From assembly GCF_009914755.1 (NCBI RefSeq), contig NC_060929.1: a stretch of DNA of 64,000 nt; one strand, given 5' to 3'. The position numbers and the translations under genes are program-made. Under the pieces are notes generated by a model. That model was not told the DNA's origin. It searched no databases and saw only the letters and a list, made by a program, of their open reading frames with translations. Each line of letters begins with the position of its first letter. Within the stretch, counting starts at the first letter, position 1. Positions 14,762-30,332 of this stretch are shown here, piece by piece. Origin of the DNA: the human T2T-CHM13v2.0 reference genome, Homo sapiens.

Positions 14762-16144
14762 AGAATAAAGGGGTATGCTGTTCATTCATTTAATAAACAT
14801 GTATTGAGCACCAACTATGTGCCAGGCACTCTTCTAGATGCCTGAGGTGCATAAATGAACAAAGTGGACAAAAATTCCTTCCCTTGTGGAGCTTACACTC
14901 AAGAATATGAGACCAAGGAGATACAGTCTCAGAAGGAGCAGAGACAAGGAAGAGTCAATGATGCCCAGTGAACAATGGGATAAAGCTTAGGAGTGTTCAT
15001 CCTCATTCATAATTCCATAGCCCATAAACGTGCAGACCCAGACTTGACCATAATGTGACTAGATACTAACAGGGAGTAATTAAGTTTATTTTTTTCATAT
15101 GAATTTCACAGACATATACAATAGCATGGTTAAAAGAACTAAATTAATTTTATGGTAGTAATTTTTTCCAACTCTGATATTTTGTGTCAGCTCCTACTTG
15201 TCCCAGCCATGCCTATCTGTGGTCTGCGGGCCTTCAAAGGGCAGCCTTTGTGTTGCCCAAAGCCAGCACAGTGGTGCTTTGTGCAGGGGCATCCCTGTGC
15301 CTCCTGGAATTCGTCTGCCCCATGAAGCTAGGTGGCTGGTGTTCGTGGCCAGTCCTCTAAGAAGCAGGTGTCCCCACTACCGTCCACCATGTGTGTCCTG
15401 TCTGCAGAACGTGGCTACTACTCAGATCCTGTTTCTCACTCAAGTTCTACCTCAAGGCTCGCACTCTGTCAAGTGATGTACTTCTTGGGGTCCATCTGCC
15501 TCGGGGGTGGAAATTGTGAATAGAACTGTAGCCCAGAGAATCATTGAGAGACTAGGTATAAGCCAGTGGCAGAACCTCAACCAAAATGCCGGGCTTGTGA
15601 CCCCTAGCCCTGGGCTCGTGCACATAACACACAGTGCTCTGAAATATCATTGTTTGGGGCATTATTGTCACTTTTCTTCTACTGATGTGGATGGCATGTT
15701 GGATTTTATGAATATCAATTATTCAGATTCTTCTCAAATAGTAATTAGTTGGTTTTGAGAGTAATTAAGGCAATAGATGCTCCTACAAGAAAAGAGAATG
15801 AAAGACCCTGATTTGTGTATTTGGGGTAAGATCTTACAACAAACTGGGCCCAGGTCTGGAATAAATGTGGACAACTTCTAGCACAGCATAAAAGCATTAA
15901 AAAGTTTATTAACACATCATGTCGGTGTCAATGAAAATCAAATTGGTATAATTTTCAAAGAAGAAACTAATGATACTTTAAGGCTGTGTTTATAGTAATA
16001 CTATCTTTCTGAAAGATACTTTGTTTATGTACTATATTAACATAGAAAAATAGTAAGCAGTTTCCAGCTACAATCAGTGGTTTAAATTAAGATGTAAATG
16101 TGGGTCTACCAGTGAGAAACTAAGGCAAATGTCTCCATCTAAGA

Positions 16145-16380
16145 CAGAGTTGCCAGATAAAATATAAGATGATGCCCACTTAAATTTGAATTTCATATGA
16201 ATAACAGGTAATTTTTTCTTATAAGTAAAAATTTCAAGCTTAACCGGGCTTCCCACATTATTGTTTTTTTTTAATTTTGTTTTGAGATGGAGTCTCACTC
16301 TGTCGCCCAGGCTGGAGTGCAGTGACACGATCTCGACTCACTGGCTTCCCACATTTTTATTTGTTAAGTATGGCAACTAT
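16145..16380. mobile_element. MER53-like hAT MITE containing a short reverse Alu (about 16260-16342)
   Basis: Inverted ends 'agttgccagat' and 'tatggcaact'; the Alu 3' fragment is flanked by TSD GGCTTCCCACATT (16247-16259, 16343-16355). Confidence 0.75.
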
Positions 16381-16493
16381 AATCTAAAGGACAAAATTTG
16401 CTTCCAAACACTGCCCCTGAATAAGATCCAAAGTACATATGATAGCCAATTAATTTGGAAAATACCTCAATACAATTTCAAATCTCACAGAGG

Positions 16494-16706
16494 CAGGGTT
16501 TCTCAACATTGGCACTATTGATTTTGGGGCAGTTAATTCTTTGTTGTGAGGGGCTCTCGTACATTGTTCAATGCTTAACAGCACCCCTCGCCTCTACCAC
16601 CAGATGCCAGTAGCATACCCTGGTTGTGACAACCAAAAATGTCTAGACATTGTCAGATGTCTGGTGGGGAGGGGGTCACAAAATCATCCCTGGGTGAGGA
16701 CCCCTG
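16494..16706. mobile_element. MER20 hAT DNA transposon relic
   Basis: 'cagggtttctcaacattggcactattga...gatgccagtagca...gtgacaaccaaaaatgtct...gaggacccctg'. Confidence 0.85.
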
Positions 16707-17701
16707 TTCTGAGGGAAGAAGCTTATTTATAAGTACAGTATATGTATTAATATCTTAGTAGAAAACTAACTTGTCCTGATCTTGAAGAAAGAAGAGGAAA
16801 GCCATATTTTATGTAGCCTTTATTTTAAAATATCATGGGAGAAGCACCAATGGAAATGGCTGAGGAACTAGAGAGCTGGTAGACGTGGGATTATTTTGCA
16901 GTCTGAGGCTCTATGACAGAAGCTTCTGTTTGCTCCAGCAGCTTTGAGAGAAAAAGGCAGTAGAAAGTACTCATGACACGGCTCAGGTTCCCAATATAGA
17001 CTTCATCCAAGGCTTTGAAAGAACAGTTAGTACAGAGTCTGCTGATTTCTGGAAAAGGAGTGTTTTATTTGGATAGCAATAACTGAAATTCCAACCTAGA
17101 CCACCTAGCTGAATAATTATATGTGTGTGTCCAAAAAACAAATTGCCAAGAGATGCATTGAGAATCAGAATAGGAAAACTGTTTACTGTTTGATTTTTCA
17201 GAAAATAATTCAACAGGGAATTTTGCTAAAGTGTTGTTCCTTCTATTTTACCCAAGAAAACATATGAATTTATTTTGCTGTCTAAACCAAGAAACTAATG
17301 TGGTTATACATATTATGGGGAAGTTTTTAAGGAATTAACGTTTAGAGTCTTTGTGGCTCTAATTACTGCTCTTCGGTTGTGTAGTGAGAGTCACTAAGCA
17401 TTCCTTCCTCCAAGGAATTTCCAGCATAATCCTGTTTTCCACTCAAATTCTTTGTGATTGCCAGATTGGAGTGAAAAATCAAATCTACTTCCAATGAAGA
17501 AAAACTCAAAAAAAAAACAGTGATTCAAACAAGTTTCCAAAGAGAATACATGAACTTCTTATTCTGCCTTTATTAATTGACATCTACAATTTTGTATTTT
17601 TCTCAGGATAATGCAAAAAAAATTCTTTTGAATCATTCTCACTAAATTTAGGGGCCAAGTGTCCTAGCTATATTGTTTTTTAAAAAAAGTTATGTTAAAG
17701 C

Positions 17702-17952
17702 AGCCAGACTTGGTGGCTCAAGCCTGTAATCCCAGCACTTTGGGAGGAGGAAGCAAGAGGATTGCTTGAAGCCAGGAGTTCAAGACCAGCCCAGGCAACA
17801 TAGTGAGACCCTGTTTCTACCCACACCCTACCCCCTAAAAAAAATTAGCTGGATGTGCCTGTAGTCCCAGCTACTCAAGAGGCTGAAGCAGGAGGATTGC
17901 TTGAGCCCAGAAGTTGAAGGCTGCAATGAACCATGATTGGACCACTGCACTG
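17702..17952 (+). mobile_element. Alu (AluJ-like), 3'-truncated
   Basis: Alu dimer ending at 'accactgcact' with no tail. Confidence 0.85.
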
Positions 17953-18436
17953 ACAAAGCAACTCAGTTCTGATCTACAGTTCATTCTTGGATAAACATAA
18001 TACACAACACCTAGAAATACAGCAAAAACCCATTACCCTTAAGACAAAGTCCAGAATCCTTACTGCAGTCTACAAGGTCCTAAATTATCTGATTGGAGCA
18101 GACTACACTTTCCCCAACTCCAAGTTATATGCTAAGCTGCTCTAAGTTAGAGATCAAAAAAATAGAGTGGCTCAAATGAGATCAAAGTTGATAATTCTCT
18201 CACCTACCAGGGTAGAAGTATGCAGTGGTCAGTGGTTCAGAGTTTGTGGAAAGTTTGATCCATGAAGCCATCTAAATAAGGTACTTTGACCCAAGTACTT
18301 TCTATCTTGTTGCTTCCCACCCTTTAAGACATTCTCCTCATCCACATGGTCAAAGCTCACTCACCACTACCCTCACTCTGTCCCAATCTGTAGAAAGGTA
18401 GGCAGAGAGGCCAGCAAATAGCTTTCTTTTAAATTT

Positions 18437-18790
18437 GTGTTGCTGGGTGGGTCCCCCAGGAAACAGACTCTGAGATGGAGATTAGTGTACAGGAAGTTCA
18501 CTATGGGGTGCTCCATGAATTATCACCCACTGGAGGAAAGGAAGGAAGCAGAACTGGGAAGATGGAAAAGTTAAGCTGCAGTACAGTCACAACAAGGTCT
18601 CATCCAAATTGATACGGGGCGTTGAAGCTGAGCTGGTCCTTCAGAGCTGGGATGAGACCAGATATTGGCTGCAAGCCATTCCAGGAAAGGGATGTGACCT
18701 TGAATGAGATGACTTTTCTTAGCTGAGGCAATTCTCAAAGGGAGCTGTCAGCCAGTAGCCTTGCAGTTGGACAGATGGCAGCACAGCAGA
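18437..18790 (-). mobile_element. ERVL-class LTR (LTR16-like) within MLT1 remnants (about 18130-19260)
   Basis: 'gggtcccccaggaaacagactctgagatggagattagtgtacaggaagttc' resembles LTR16-type ends. Confidence 0.55.
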
Positions 18791-18824
18791 GCATCTGGGA
18801 CAGGATGTGACCTGGAAATAGCAT

Positions 18825-19178
18825 TGATATGGTTTGGCTGTGTCCCCACCCCAATCTCATCTTGAATTCCCATGTGTTGTGGGAGAAATCCAGTGGGAGG
18901 TAATTGAATCATGGGGGAAGGTCTTTCCCATGCTATTCTTGTGATAGTGAATAAGTCTCATGAGACCTGACAGTTTTAAAAGGGGGAATTTCCCTGCACA
19001 CTTTCTCTCTTTGCCTGCTGCCATCCATGTAAGACGTGACTTGCTTCTCCTTGCCTTCTGCCAAGATTGTGAGGCTTCCCCAGCCACGTGGAACTGCAAG
19101 TCCATTAAACGTCTTTCTTTTGTAAATTACCCAGTCCCATGTATGTCTTTATCAGCAGCATGAGAACAGACTAATACA
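18825..19178 (+). mobile_element. THE1-type MaLR solo LTR
   Basis: 'tgatatggtttggctgtgtcccc' to 'gactaataca'; homologous to 14059-14405. Confidence 0.9.
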
Positions 19179-19869
19179 AGGGTAAACCACTTCCATTCAC
19201 CCCTCATTATCTAGAATGTCTAGAACAGCCACCATAGTTGCCACGGAGGCTGGGAAATACAGTCTCTAGCTAGGAGGCCCTATGCCTAGCTAGCACTAAA
19301 AGGAAGAAGGGAGAAGGGATACTGGGGAGCAATCACAAGAGGGAAGGAAAATCATTCTTTGATTTGTTCAGCTTATTGACTGTTGTAGATCAAAAACCAC
19401 TTCATTGAGGAAAGCAACCCACCAAACACAGAAGCAGAAAGAGAGCTAAAAATGGGATAAGAACAACTGAGAAACTGCTTATCCAGTAATATATTTTAAA
19501 TAGTGAGGACTACACCAAACTTAGGTAGGCTTCAGAATGAGCCAGGGACAACTCCCCAGAACTCTGCAGGAAGGGGCTCCTGAGGACACACGTCCAACCT
19601 GCACCTGAAACCCCAAGTCACAAGGACAACTGATATTTAGATGCTTTTCTTCCTAAGACCTGCTACATATCAGAAAAAGTCACTTAAGGTAAAAGATAAA
19701 ATATGCTGAGAAACGATTCTGTTTCTTAAAAAAAAAGAAAAAAAAGAAAGAAAGAAACCCAAACAGTAATTGTATTGACCCAAGAAAGCACTATTAAAAT
19801 GTATCACTTTCTGTTAGTGTTGCTTGGATTTTCAACATAATAATGTTCTGTTTAAAAGAAGGAGACCAA

Positions 19870-20022
19870 AGTATGCTTATTACCTGAATGACAGAATATT
19901 CTGTGCACCAAACCCCCATGACATGCAATTTCCCTTTATATAACAAACCTCCATGTGTACCCCTGAACCTAAAATAAAAATTAATAAATAAATAAAATTT
20001 AAAAGTAAAAATAAAAATAAAG
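19870..20022 (+). mobile_element. 5'-truncated L1PA 3' end
   Basis: 'caaacccccatgacatgcaattt...taacaaacctccatgtgtacccctgaacctaaaataaaa' and A-tail; TSD GAAGGAGACCAA (19858-19869, 20023-20034). Confidence 0.88.
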
Positions 20023-20805
20023 GAAGGAGACCAAGAAATACTTAAGGGCCCACTCCCCTTCTTTCTGAACAAAATAGCCAGACCAGCCTCTGCCACTGAT
20101 TGAACCAGGGATTGGAAACTAACATAAAGCAGCCACCACCTCTAGGATGAGCATAAGATTATCAGTAGCCTGTGAGGAAACTTGGTAATAAAACTCTGAC
20201 TGGTAGTGACACTGTATGAGGTAGTGTGGGCATCTAACCAACCAATGTGGTGGTCCTCTTGTGGACAGGAGAGGGTATGTGGTGTGTACAACAGGAAAAA
20301 CACATTAAAACTCTAGAAACCCAAACAGAGGGAGTAGGAGGGGCCATAAAATGTCTGACTTCTCAAATGGCTGATGAGCTCCTAGAGGTGTCCTTGGTCT
20401 CTTCCCCAGAGGCAAATTTCAACTAGAGGTTGAAGCTAAGAAGCTTATCAAGACTCAGGGCTTCTCACTTTTCCCCTCACAGGCCCACTCCAAGGCTCTG
20501 ATTTCCTGGGCTCTCTTTGCCTTGGCTTCCTGGCCATCAGTGTCCATCACTTGAGACAATCTGAGTGTCCCCACACCAAACACCTGAAATACACCTAATA
20601 AGAAAGCCTCATCCCATCTGCAAAGTATGCTGGAACTAAGATCCAGATTCACAACTCAGGAAATTTCACTCTACTTAAGTAGTGGCATTCTATCTTCAGA
20701 TTAAAGTGTGTTTGAAAATCTCTACCCCTACTGACTGGGGCTGTCACACGAGGTCCCACTTGGCCCCGTCTTGGGACTCTCCTGCACAGCACTTGACTCT
20801 GCTAG

Positions 20806-21371
<566 letters not shown>

Positions 21372-21489
21372 TGAAGGGCCCCACTTTGAGTCCTATTTAT
21401 GTTTGCCTCTGGGATTTAGCTGTAGCTGGGCATGTGTGATAGTGGGTAGGTGACAGCCTGCCCAGGGTATATTTGCACCCTGGCCATGT

Positions 21490-21730
21490 AGCATGGGGTT
21501 GAGAAAGCAGGCTCCAGTATTCCACAGGTCTGGGTTTAAACCCCAGCTCTACCATTTATTAGGTTTGTGGCCCTGGAAGAGTCTGTATCCCCTCTAAGAC
21601 TTCATCTCCTCGTTTGTAAAATAGAGATATAATAATACTTTCACAAGGCTATTGTGAGAATTAAATGATGTATAATTCGTTCTTGGCATAGGGCCTAAAA
21701 CGTAGTAAGCACTGATAAATGACAGTTCTA
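21490..21730 (+). mobile_element. MIR SINE
   Basis: 'ctgggtttaaaccccagctctacca...tgtaaaatagagat...ttgtgagaattaaatga...gtagtaagcact'. Confidence 0.75.
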
Positions 21731-24700
21731 ATAGTAGATACCCCATAACTAAGCGTCTTTGAAGGAAGTTTACCATAAGGTAAGAAGAAAGTCAACTTGA
21801 TCCAGTAACAAAACCCCAGAAGGAGAGATTCCAGACATAGCTTGGAGCCCAGCTCTTGGCTATGTCTCCTTGCCCAGCTTGCCTGTTATTCATCACTGAG
21901 TCCCATGTAGAGGTGGGATTGTAAGTAAATTGTGAAAAGAATGGTTTCAGTAAAAACTCCTTAAGGCTTTGGGATACAGCACAGTGTTGTCTTGATACCA
22001 CCACCACCACTTCCTACAATACATATGTCCCACCTAACCAGGAAAGAGATAACGTCTCAAACTTTGCTTTAAATGCTGCCCAGCTTTGGAATCTCACAGT
22101 GTCCAAAGCATCAGAGGATACTCAATGGATGTAACGGTGGCCTCCAACAGATATGACCATGGTCTTCAGGTGATGTGCCAATGGTATGTAGTAGACACAG
22201 CTCTGGTTCCCAACAGAGGTACTGATGATTCCAGCAGTCATGACAGTGGTCCCTCGCAGATGTGGTGGGATCTCTGGAACAAGCAGAATAATGTTCTGTG
22301 GATACAGCAGGACCCTTGGAAGCATCAACATTCTCAGACTGATTGAGATGTTAGGGAGTTCAGATATCTCTTAGGCTCAGCAAAAGTGGTACTCGAGCCC
22401 AAGGATGTGGTGTTAGCCAGTAGTTGGGGGAAGAGAGGGAGAAAGTGTCTGATACCATGGAGTAGCTGCAGGTATTTATTTATGACCATGTGTGGGTTAT
22501 AGCCCAAGGTACAGACATTTGGGGTATGAGGAATGTGAAGAAGAGACTTTGAATTGGACAAGAGTGAGGAAAATAGCCAAGGAACTATGGAGTATACTTC
22601 TATTACCTGGGGTCACCATAAGCATAAAACTAAGAGCTTCATTTACAGCCCTGTATTTCAATGAGAAAGTGGAAAGAGCACCGGACCAGCAGTCTGGAGA
22701 ACCAGGTGTTAATCCAAGTCTGTCACTTAATTTCTTCAAACCTTATTGTGTATAGAAAGGAGGAAAAAGAGTAGCACTCAATAACTGACGTCTTTTCTTT
22801 GATAATTTTATTTCATCACTACCAGATTCAGATAAAGCCAAAGTCTTGCTAACACTCCTTGCCAGTTGAAATGTGGTGACTCTCAAAAACTTGGAAATGT
22901 CACCATTCTGGTAAGAAATCTTTTAATGGAAACTTTACATCTTCTAAAATAATTAACATTCAGTACTCAACCTTAGAACATTTTCCAAATTTAGATGAGA
23001 AGAGATGAAGCAAGGAAAAAAGGTGTAACCCTATCATACTTTTCCTTTTGGCGTTGAAATAAATATCCAGTTAGGGGATGGGGAAAGTTTTGGTTTCTTT
23101 AGTACTGAGTTGGTGGCAGCAAGAGCTAAGTAGGGGCTGAGCATCTCAGGTATGGGCTTCCCTTAGATGATCCAGCTATCAGGTTCTGCCAAGGTGAGTA
23201 TGCCCTTGTGGGGCTTGCAAGGCCTAGTCATGGTGGGAGACCCTCTATAAAGGCCTACAAGTACTTAGGGAGGTAAGAGGACACCCCCTCAAGGGCTGAA
23301 GCCTGTCTCACCTTTGAGGGCAGTGAGATCACCAGTATCCCTGTGAGCTGTATAACAGGAAGGATAAGTCCATGTTCTGGTGCCGATCCCTATGCCTTTT
23401 GGAACATTTCTCCCTCTGATAAGAAACCTCCTTATAATACTTTGTTTCACTGGAACAACATCATCCTCATCATTAGTAAAATGATTGCTGGTTGTCAACA
23501 TTCACGGAGAAGGTCCCTGGGGAAGGTCAGCTGTTGCAGGGAAGACTGGCATGCTGGCTCCCAAGGCAAGTGTTCCTTTCCATGATGAAGGCACCAGGGA
23601 CCAGGGTCAGGCCTTCAGTCTCAGAGATGCAGAAACTCTTGTCAGTGCCTGAAAGAAGCTGAAGAATAATAAGCAGACTGCCAATGTTGTCATTAAAAGG
23701 CAAGGTATCTTTTACGAGGTGAGCATTAGCATCAGCCTGGCAAGTACATTCTTAGACAAACTGCACGGAAGCCAATTTAACAGAAAGTTGCTTGGCAAGC
23801 AACAAGGGTGATGTTTAATGGGGTCAGCCTATAATTACATGATGCATCCATTTCCACCATGTGTTTCTGTCTGCCTCTTGGACCAGAAGGGCTGTCTTTG
23901 GGGCCAGGAAGACCCTTCCCTGGACAGTATTCACGCATCTACTGCCAGACTTTGCCTCACTGACTCTTCCTGTGTCACACATTCCCAAACCTCAATGACT
24001 CACCAATTCCCTTTCTGATTGACATGGTCTTGCCTTAAACGTGTTGATGTCTTTAATCAAGACAGATTAAAGTGAAGTTTCTTTTTTCTGGAAGATGTGA
24101 CTGCATACTGTTTTGACCGATTATATGTGCTCAGCTGGCAAAGGGCTATGTCCCTTCATAGCCTAATTCTTGGGGTCACCCCATTGTTGCCTTCCTCCCA
24201 TATAACACCTACACTGTAGTGTTGAAATGTCATCATGTTTTATTTTATTTCATTTTTATTTTCTGTGTTCTTTTTCTGTGTTCCACTGATTTTTTTGAGT
24301 GGGATTGGTCTGCGAAATGGTATTATTTTTAGCACAAAATGAATCCAGTGAGACAAAATCTTGTAACAAATTCAACTGTTTCACTGTATGAAAGCAGGGC
24401 AGGTTCTTTACTGATGACAATTTCTGTTTGAGAAACCAAACTGAGTTCTTCATAAATGATGAACAAATAATATACACATATTATTGTATTTAGGATTATA
24501 GTATTGCTAGCCCTAAAAAATGATCAATGAAGTATTGGCAATGTGAGGTGATAATTTTTTGTTTCTCCTTTTCATAATAGATTTTGCCTGTCCTGTTAGT
24601 GATTTGCACTGCCCGCAGCTACCCAAAACCTCAAGCATAGACAAACTGCTTAAAATTCCAACGTTTGATGAACTGATTCAAAACGGATAGATTAACCCAT

Positions 24701-25249
24701 ACCACACTCCCTGTGCTGACACTAATGAAAAAACAAAACAGCAAAAGAGTTTCCACTTCCCAGATGTCAATCTTCTATTTGCTTTAATCATTTTATATTT
24801 ATTTATTGATCCATTCAATTATGTTGGTTTATTCCTACTTAAGTTGTTCCAAAGCATTTAAGACAGATGATAAGAACACAAGATAAAAATCAGGATCAAG
24901 AAAAATAAAAATAAATGTTAGATGACAAAGATGGGAGGAGGAATTAGAATTACAAAGATGTGTAGAATGCTAGTTCCTACATAATTATTAAAATGGAGGC
25001 CAATGTTCAAGCTGGGCTTCCTGGTGGCAAAAGCATACATGAAATTATAATAGGTACAAAATAATACCGTAAAGAAAACCTCCCCAAATAAAGAAAGCTT
25101 TTTCTTGGCACTCGAATCTGAAAGAAATTTTTTATTTAGATAAGAAAATCTCAGTGATATGGATAACACAATACCACAATACAATCTAACAACATGCAAC
25201 CCAACAAAATGTGTGTTTTTTTAAGGAATTTTGTTCTTTGCTCAATTTC

Positions 25250-26900
<1,651 letters not shown>

Positions 26901-26989
26901 TTTTTTTCTTGTCATGCTTTCCACTTCCACTGCATTTCTCACTGGCTCAACTATAGTAGCATGAATTTGGAACTACAAAACCACAAGAA

Positions 26990-27449
26990 GCAACATCAAC
27001 TATGAAGTATCATTGATAAAAATATTTAACTTGAATCTAATCATGAGAAATAATTGACCAAATCAAGACTATAGGACAGAATCTAGGACATTCTATAGAG
27101 CCTGGATTCTTCAAAAAAGTCATACACACACACACATGTACGTACACCTTAATTTATAAGATAGAAATCAAAAGAAACTACAGAGATGAACAGCCCAATG
27201 CAAGGCATGCCCTTCATTGATTTCTGGATTTTTTTAAGTCATAAAAGATATTTGGGAGTCACTTAAGAAAATTAGAATGCAAACTGTATATTAAATGGCA
27301 TTATGGAATTATCATTACTTTTCTTAGGTGAGATAAGGATATTGTAATTATACAAGAGATGTCCTTCATCTAGGAGATGGCTGCTGAAGTATTGAAGGGT
27401 AAAGTGTCCTGTGCTTATAACTGGCTTTCAAACAGACAAACAAAAAAAG
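26990..27449 (+). mobile_element. Old L1 (L1MC/ME-type) 3' UTR, left part
   Basis: 'ttatggaattatcattacttttcttaggtgagataagg...gctgaagtattgaagggtaaagtgtc...ctttcaaa'; the consensus appears to resume at about 29281. Confidence 0.7.
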
Positions 27450-27453
27450 CTGG

Positions 27454-28043
27454 TCCAAAATGGCAGTGGCAATGGATGTGGATACCCCAAGAAGTACCAA
27501 CAGCAGTGCTTTGAAGTAAAAAAGTGAAATGCAGTAGCTAGCCCTCTGGGCTTGGGATGTTGTGGTTAATAACTGTGCCATCTGCAGGAATCACAGCATG
27601 GATCTGCATTGAATGTCAAGCTAACCAAGAGTCTGCCACTTCAGAAGTGTGTACCGTTGCACGGGGAGCCTGTAACCGTGCTTTTCACTTCACTGTCTCT
27701 CTCACTGGCTCAAAACACAACAGCTGTGCCTGTTGGACAACAGACAATAGGAATTCCCAAAGTATGGACACCAGAAAAAGAATTCTTCCATCAAGCTTAA
27801 CTGTTTTGTGATTCATTTAATGACTTGCCCTTCTGTCACTTAATTATAAATTAGATAGAACTGTGTCTTTTCTGCTTTGTCTTTGCCATTTGCTGTTCTC
27901 GCAGCCACATTGTATTCTGTGTCAAATAAAGTCCAGTTGGATTCTAGAGCGAATGCTGTCTCCTGTGTATGTGAACAAAAGTGAACGTAAATGAAGGGTC
28001 CCCTCTTCCAAGGCTGAAAAGCCACCTTTTAAAAGTGAAATGT
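27454..28043 (+). pseudogene. RBX1P2: Processed pseudogene of RBX1 (RING-box 1); CDS homology 27460-27774 plus 3' UTR
   Basis: Intronless match to RBX1: MA(V)AMDVDTP..TNS, FEVKK, ALWAWD(V)VV(N)[16 protein letters not shown](E)SATSE(V)CTVA..CN.AFHF, WLKT, EF.KYGH. Disabled by indels and stops (TGA at 27525, TAG at 27748). The 3' UTR has AATAAA at 27925-27930. The paralog number is from memory of the locus. Confidence 0.93.
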
Positions 28044-28377
<334 letters not shown>

Positions 28378-28499
28378 TTAGAGCCAGAACAGGATTGTCC
28401 TGTGAGTGCATCGCTTAGTCAGAGGACTCCAACTGTACAAGGGGGAATGTGGATCGCTGACCCTGAAAACAGCAGTCAGCCCTGTCTTCCTCTGGTGTG

Positions 28500-28730
28500 A
28501 TAGCAGCAGGCAGCTGAATGAGGAAAGAACGTGGGATTCAGAGTCATCACACCCAGCTCTGAGTCCTGGTTGCATAGGCTGGCTACTGATGGCAATCTCG
28601 GGCACGTTGCCTGTCTACCCTGAGCTTTTCTCCTCTATAATGCAGGCTTCTAAGGACTACATGGCATTACATGGGGCACAGAAAGAGGCTTTATAAAATG
28701 CAAAACCACTATAGAAATGTAAACATTGCA
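28500..28730 (+). mobile_element. MIR-like relic
   Basis: 'ggaaagaacgtgggattcagagtca...ctctgagtcctgg...gctttataaaatgcaaaaccactatagaaatgtaa'. Confidence 0.55.
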
Positions 28731-28994
28731 TGCATATGACATGTTGCTTTCTCTTCTTAGCTTAGAAAAATAAATTTTAAAAAATTGTAATATGTAATCT
28801 TGGCTGGCAAATGTATGAACTCAATTTAAAAACTGATGTCACCTAAAATTGAATTAACACAAGAGTTCAAGTTTCCTTTACTACCACTACCTCATCACAA
28901 CTTGTTAAAATGTTTTGGGCCACAGAAGGAATTGCCAATTCTAGTACTAATTTGGTAGCTATAGAGAATCTTCAACCGAGAAACAGTTTTGTTG

Positions 28995-29275
28995 CAGTGG
29001 TTCTCGAAATATGGTCTGAGGATTCCTGGGGGTACCTGAGACCATTTCAGGGGGTTCACGAAGTTCTCCCTCCAACTGCAAGTCCATGTGAAACTAGTTT
29101 TTCTTCATATACTTTAACCAAAGCAGTGCATCAAATGAAGAAGCAGACTTGAGAATCCAACTGTCTTCCATTGTCAGACATAAAAGAGATTTGCAAAAAG
29201 GTAAAACAATGCTAGTCTTATCACTAAATTTTTTCATTTTGAAAAATAGTTGATTTTAATAAAAGTATGTTAATA
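28995..29275. mobile_element. hAT-Charlie-type DNA transposon fragment
   Basis: Begins with a hAT-like end 'cagtggttctcgaaa'; internal 'aagcagacttgagaatccaactgtcttc...aaagagatttgcaaaaaggtaaaacaatg'. Confidence 0.65.
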
Positions 29276-29280
29276 AGTGA

Positions 29281-29730
29281 AAAAACATTATCTATACACA
29301 GACACATACACACATATGTATAGGCATATGAGATAAAGTAGTGACTCTAAGAGCACTGTTCATAGTACTTTGCTTCTTAGAGACAGGGTCTCTGTCATCC
29401 AGGCTGGAGTGTCGTGGTACAGTCGTAGCTCACTATAGCCTCAAACTCCCAGACTCAAGGGATCTTTGCATCTCAGCCTCTACATGCGCCACTACATCCA
29501 GCTTAGATTTTTGTATTTTTTGTAGACACGGGGTCTGTGTTTTGTATATTTTGTAGAGACGGGGTCTGTGTTGCCCTGACTGGTCTTGAACGCCTGGCCT
29601 CAAAGAATACTCTTCCTTCGGCCTCCTAAAGTACAAGGATTACAGGCAGGAGCAGCTGCACTTGGCCTCATTGTACTTTTCATTCAACTTTTTTGTAGGC
29701 TCAAAATTTCCACAAATTTTTAAATTTTGT
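29281..29730 (+). mobile_element. Old L1 3' UTR, right part, interrupted by a reverse AluJ (about 29376-29667)
   Basis: 'gagataaag...tgttcatagtactt|Alu|cattgtacttttcattcaacttttttgtagg'; Alu TSD CAT(A/T)GTACTTT; the Alu has a 30-bp internal tandem duplication at about 29508-29572. Confidence 0.7.
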
Positions 29731-30268
29731 GGGAAAGTGTAAAAACAAACCAGAAAATCACATGAATTCCCCTAGAGGTGTTCTCCTCTACTCCACAGCC
29801 AAAATCGGGAGAGGCAAATTTCTTGTTCTCTCCTTTTGGGAGGAGGGTTTATGTCTAAGCTACCCTACACTGAGGGTGCGACTCCTGATGTCTCAGTTTT
29901 CTATGAAAGGTTTCCTACTGGGCTTTTCACCCTAGGATGTCTTTTTCTTAATCTCTTCAACCCATTATGCTGATACAACAGAAGTTTAAGGTCCCAGGTT
30001 TTATCAGGCACTTTCAGGGTAAAATCTAGCTTTGGCACTCGCTTTCCCTCTCAGGACTCAGGCTTTCATTTTATATTTGGTCTCTATACGTTTCTTGCTT
30101 TCTTGCCAGCTCAATAATTCATTTAATTTTAAAATTTCTACCCCAAGTTTTTAGTTATTTTCACTGGGAGGATCATTCAGGGTATGTCATCACATTACAC
30201 TACTAGAAACAATGCAACAGCATTTTAAATGGAAGTTAAATTGCAATCACTTTTCTTCCAATTCTTGC

Positions 30269-30332
30269 AGAGATTCAAACAGTGGTTACAGCCACAAGCA
30301 AGAGATTCAAATAGTGGTTACAACCACAAGCA
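30269..30332. repeat. 32-bp tandem duplication (2 copies)
   Basis: AGAGATTCAAA(C/T)AGTGGTTACA(G/A)CCACAAGCA twice, 2 mismatches. Confidence 0.95.

Noticed and set aside
14011-19163. Two similar ORFs starting MDLQFH(M/V)AGEASQSWQKA
   Set aside because: Both are antisense translations of THE1 LTRs, not a duplicated gene.
22050-22560. Moderately GC-rich stretch with short ORFs on both strands, a possible decayed pseudogene or ERV interior
   Set aside because: I could not recognise any protein family; a translated search would be needed.
23286-23320. Short inverted repeat (ccctcaaggg...cctttgaggg) near a TATAAA
   Set aside because: The stem is too short for a miRNA or other structured RNA call and is compatible with chance.
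30269-30332. 32-bp repeat of CRISPR-like length
   Set aside because: Two abutting copies with no spacers and no cas genes, in a eukaryotic context.
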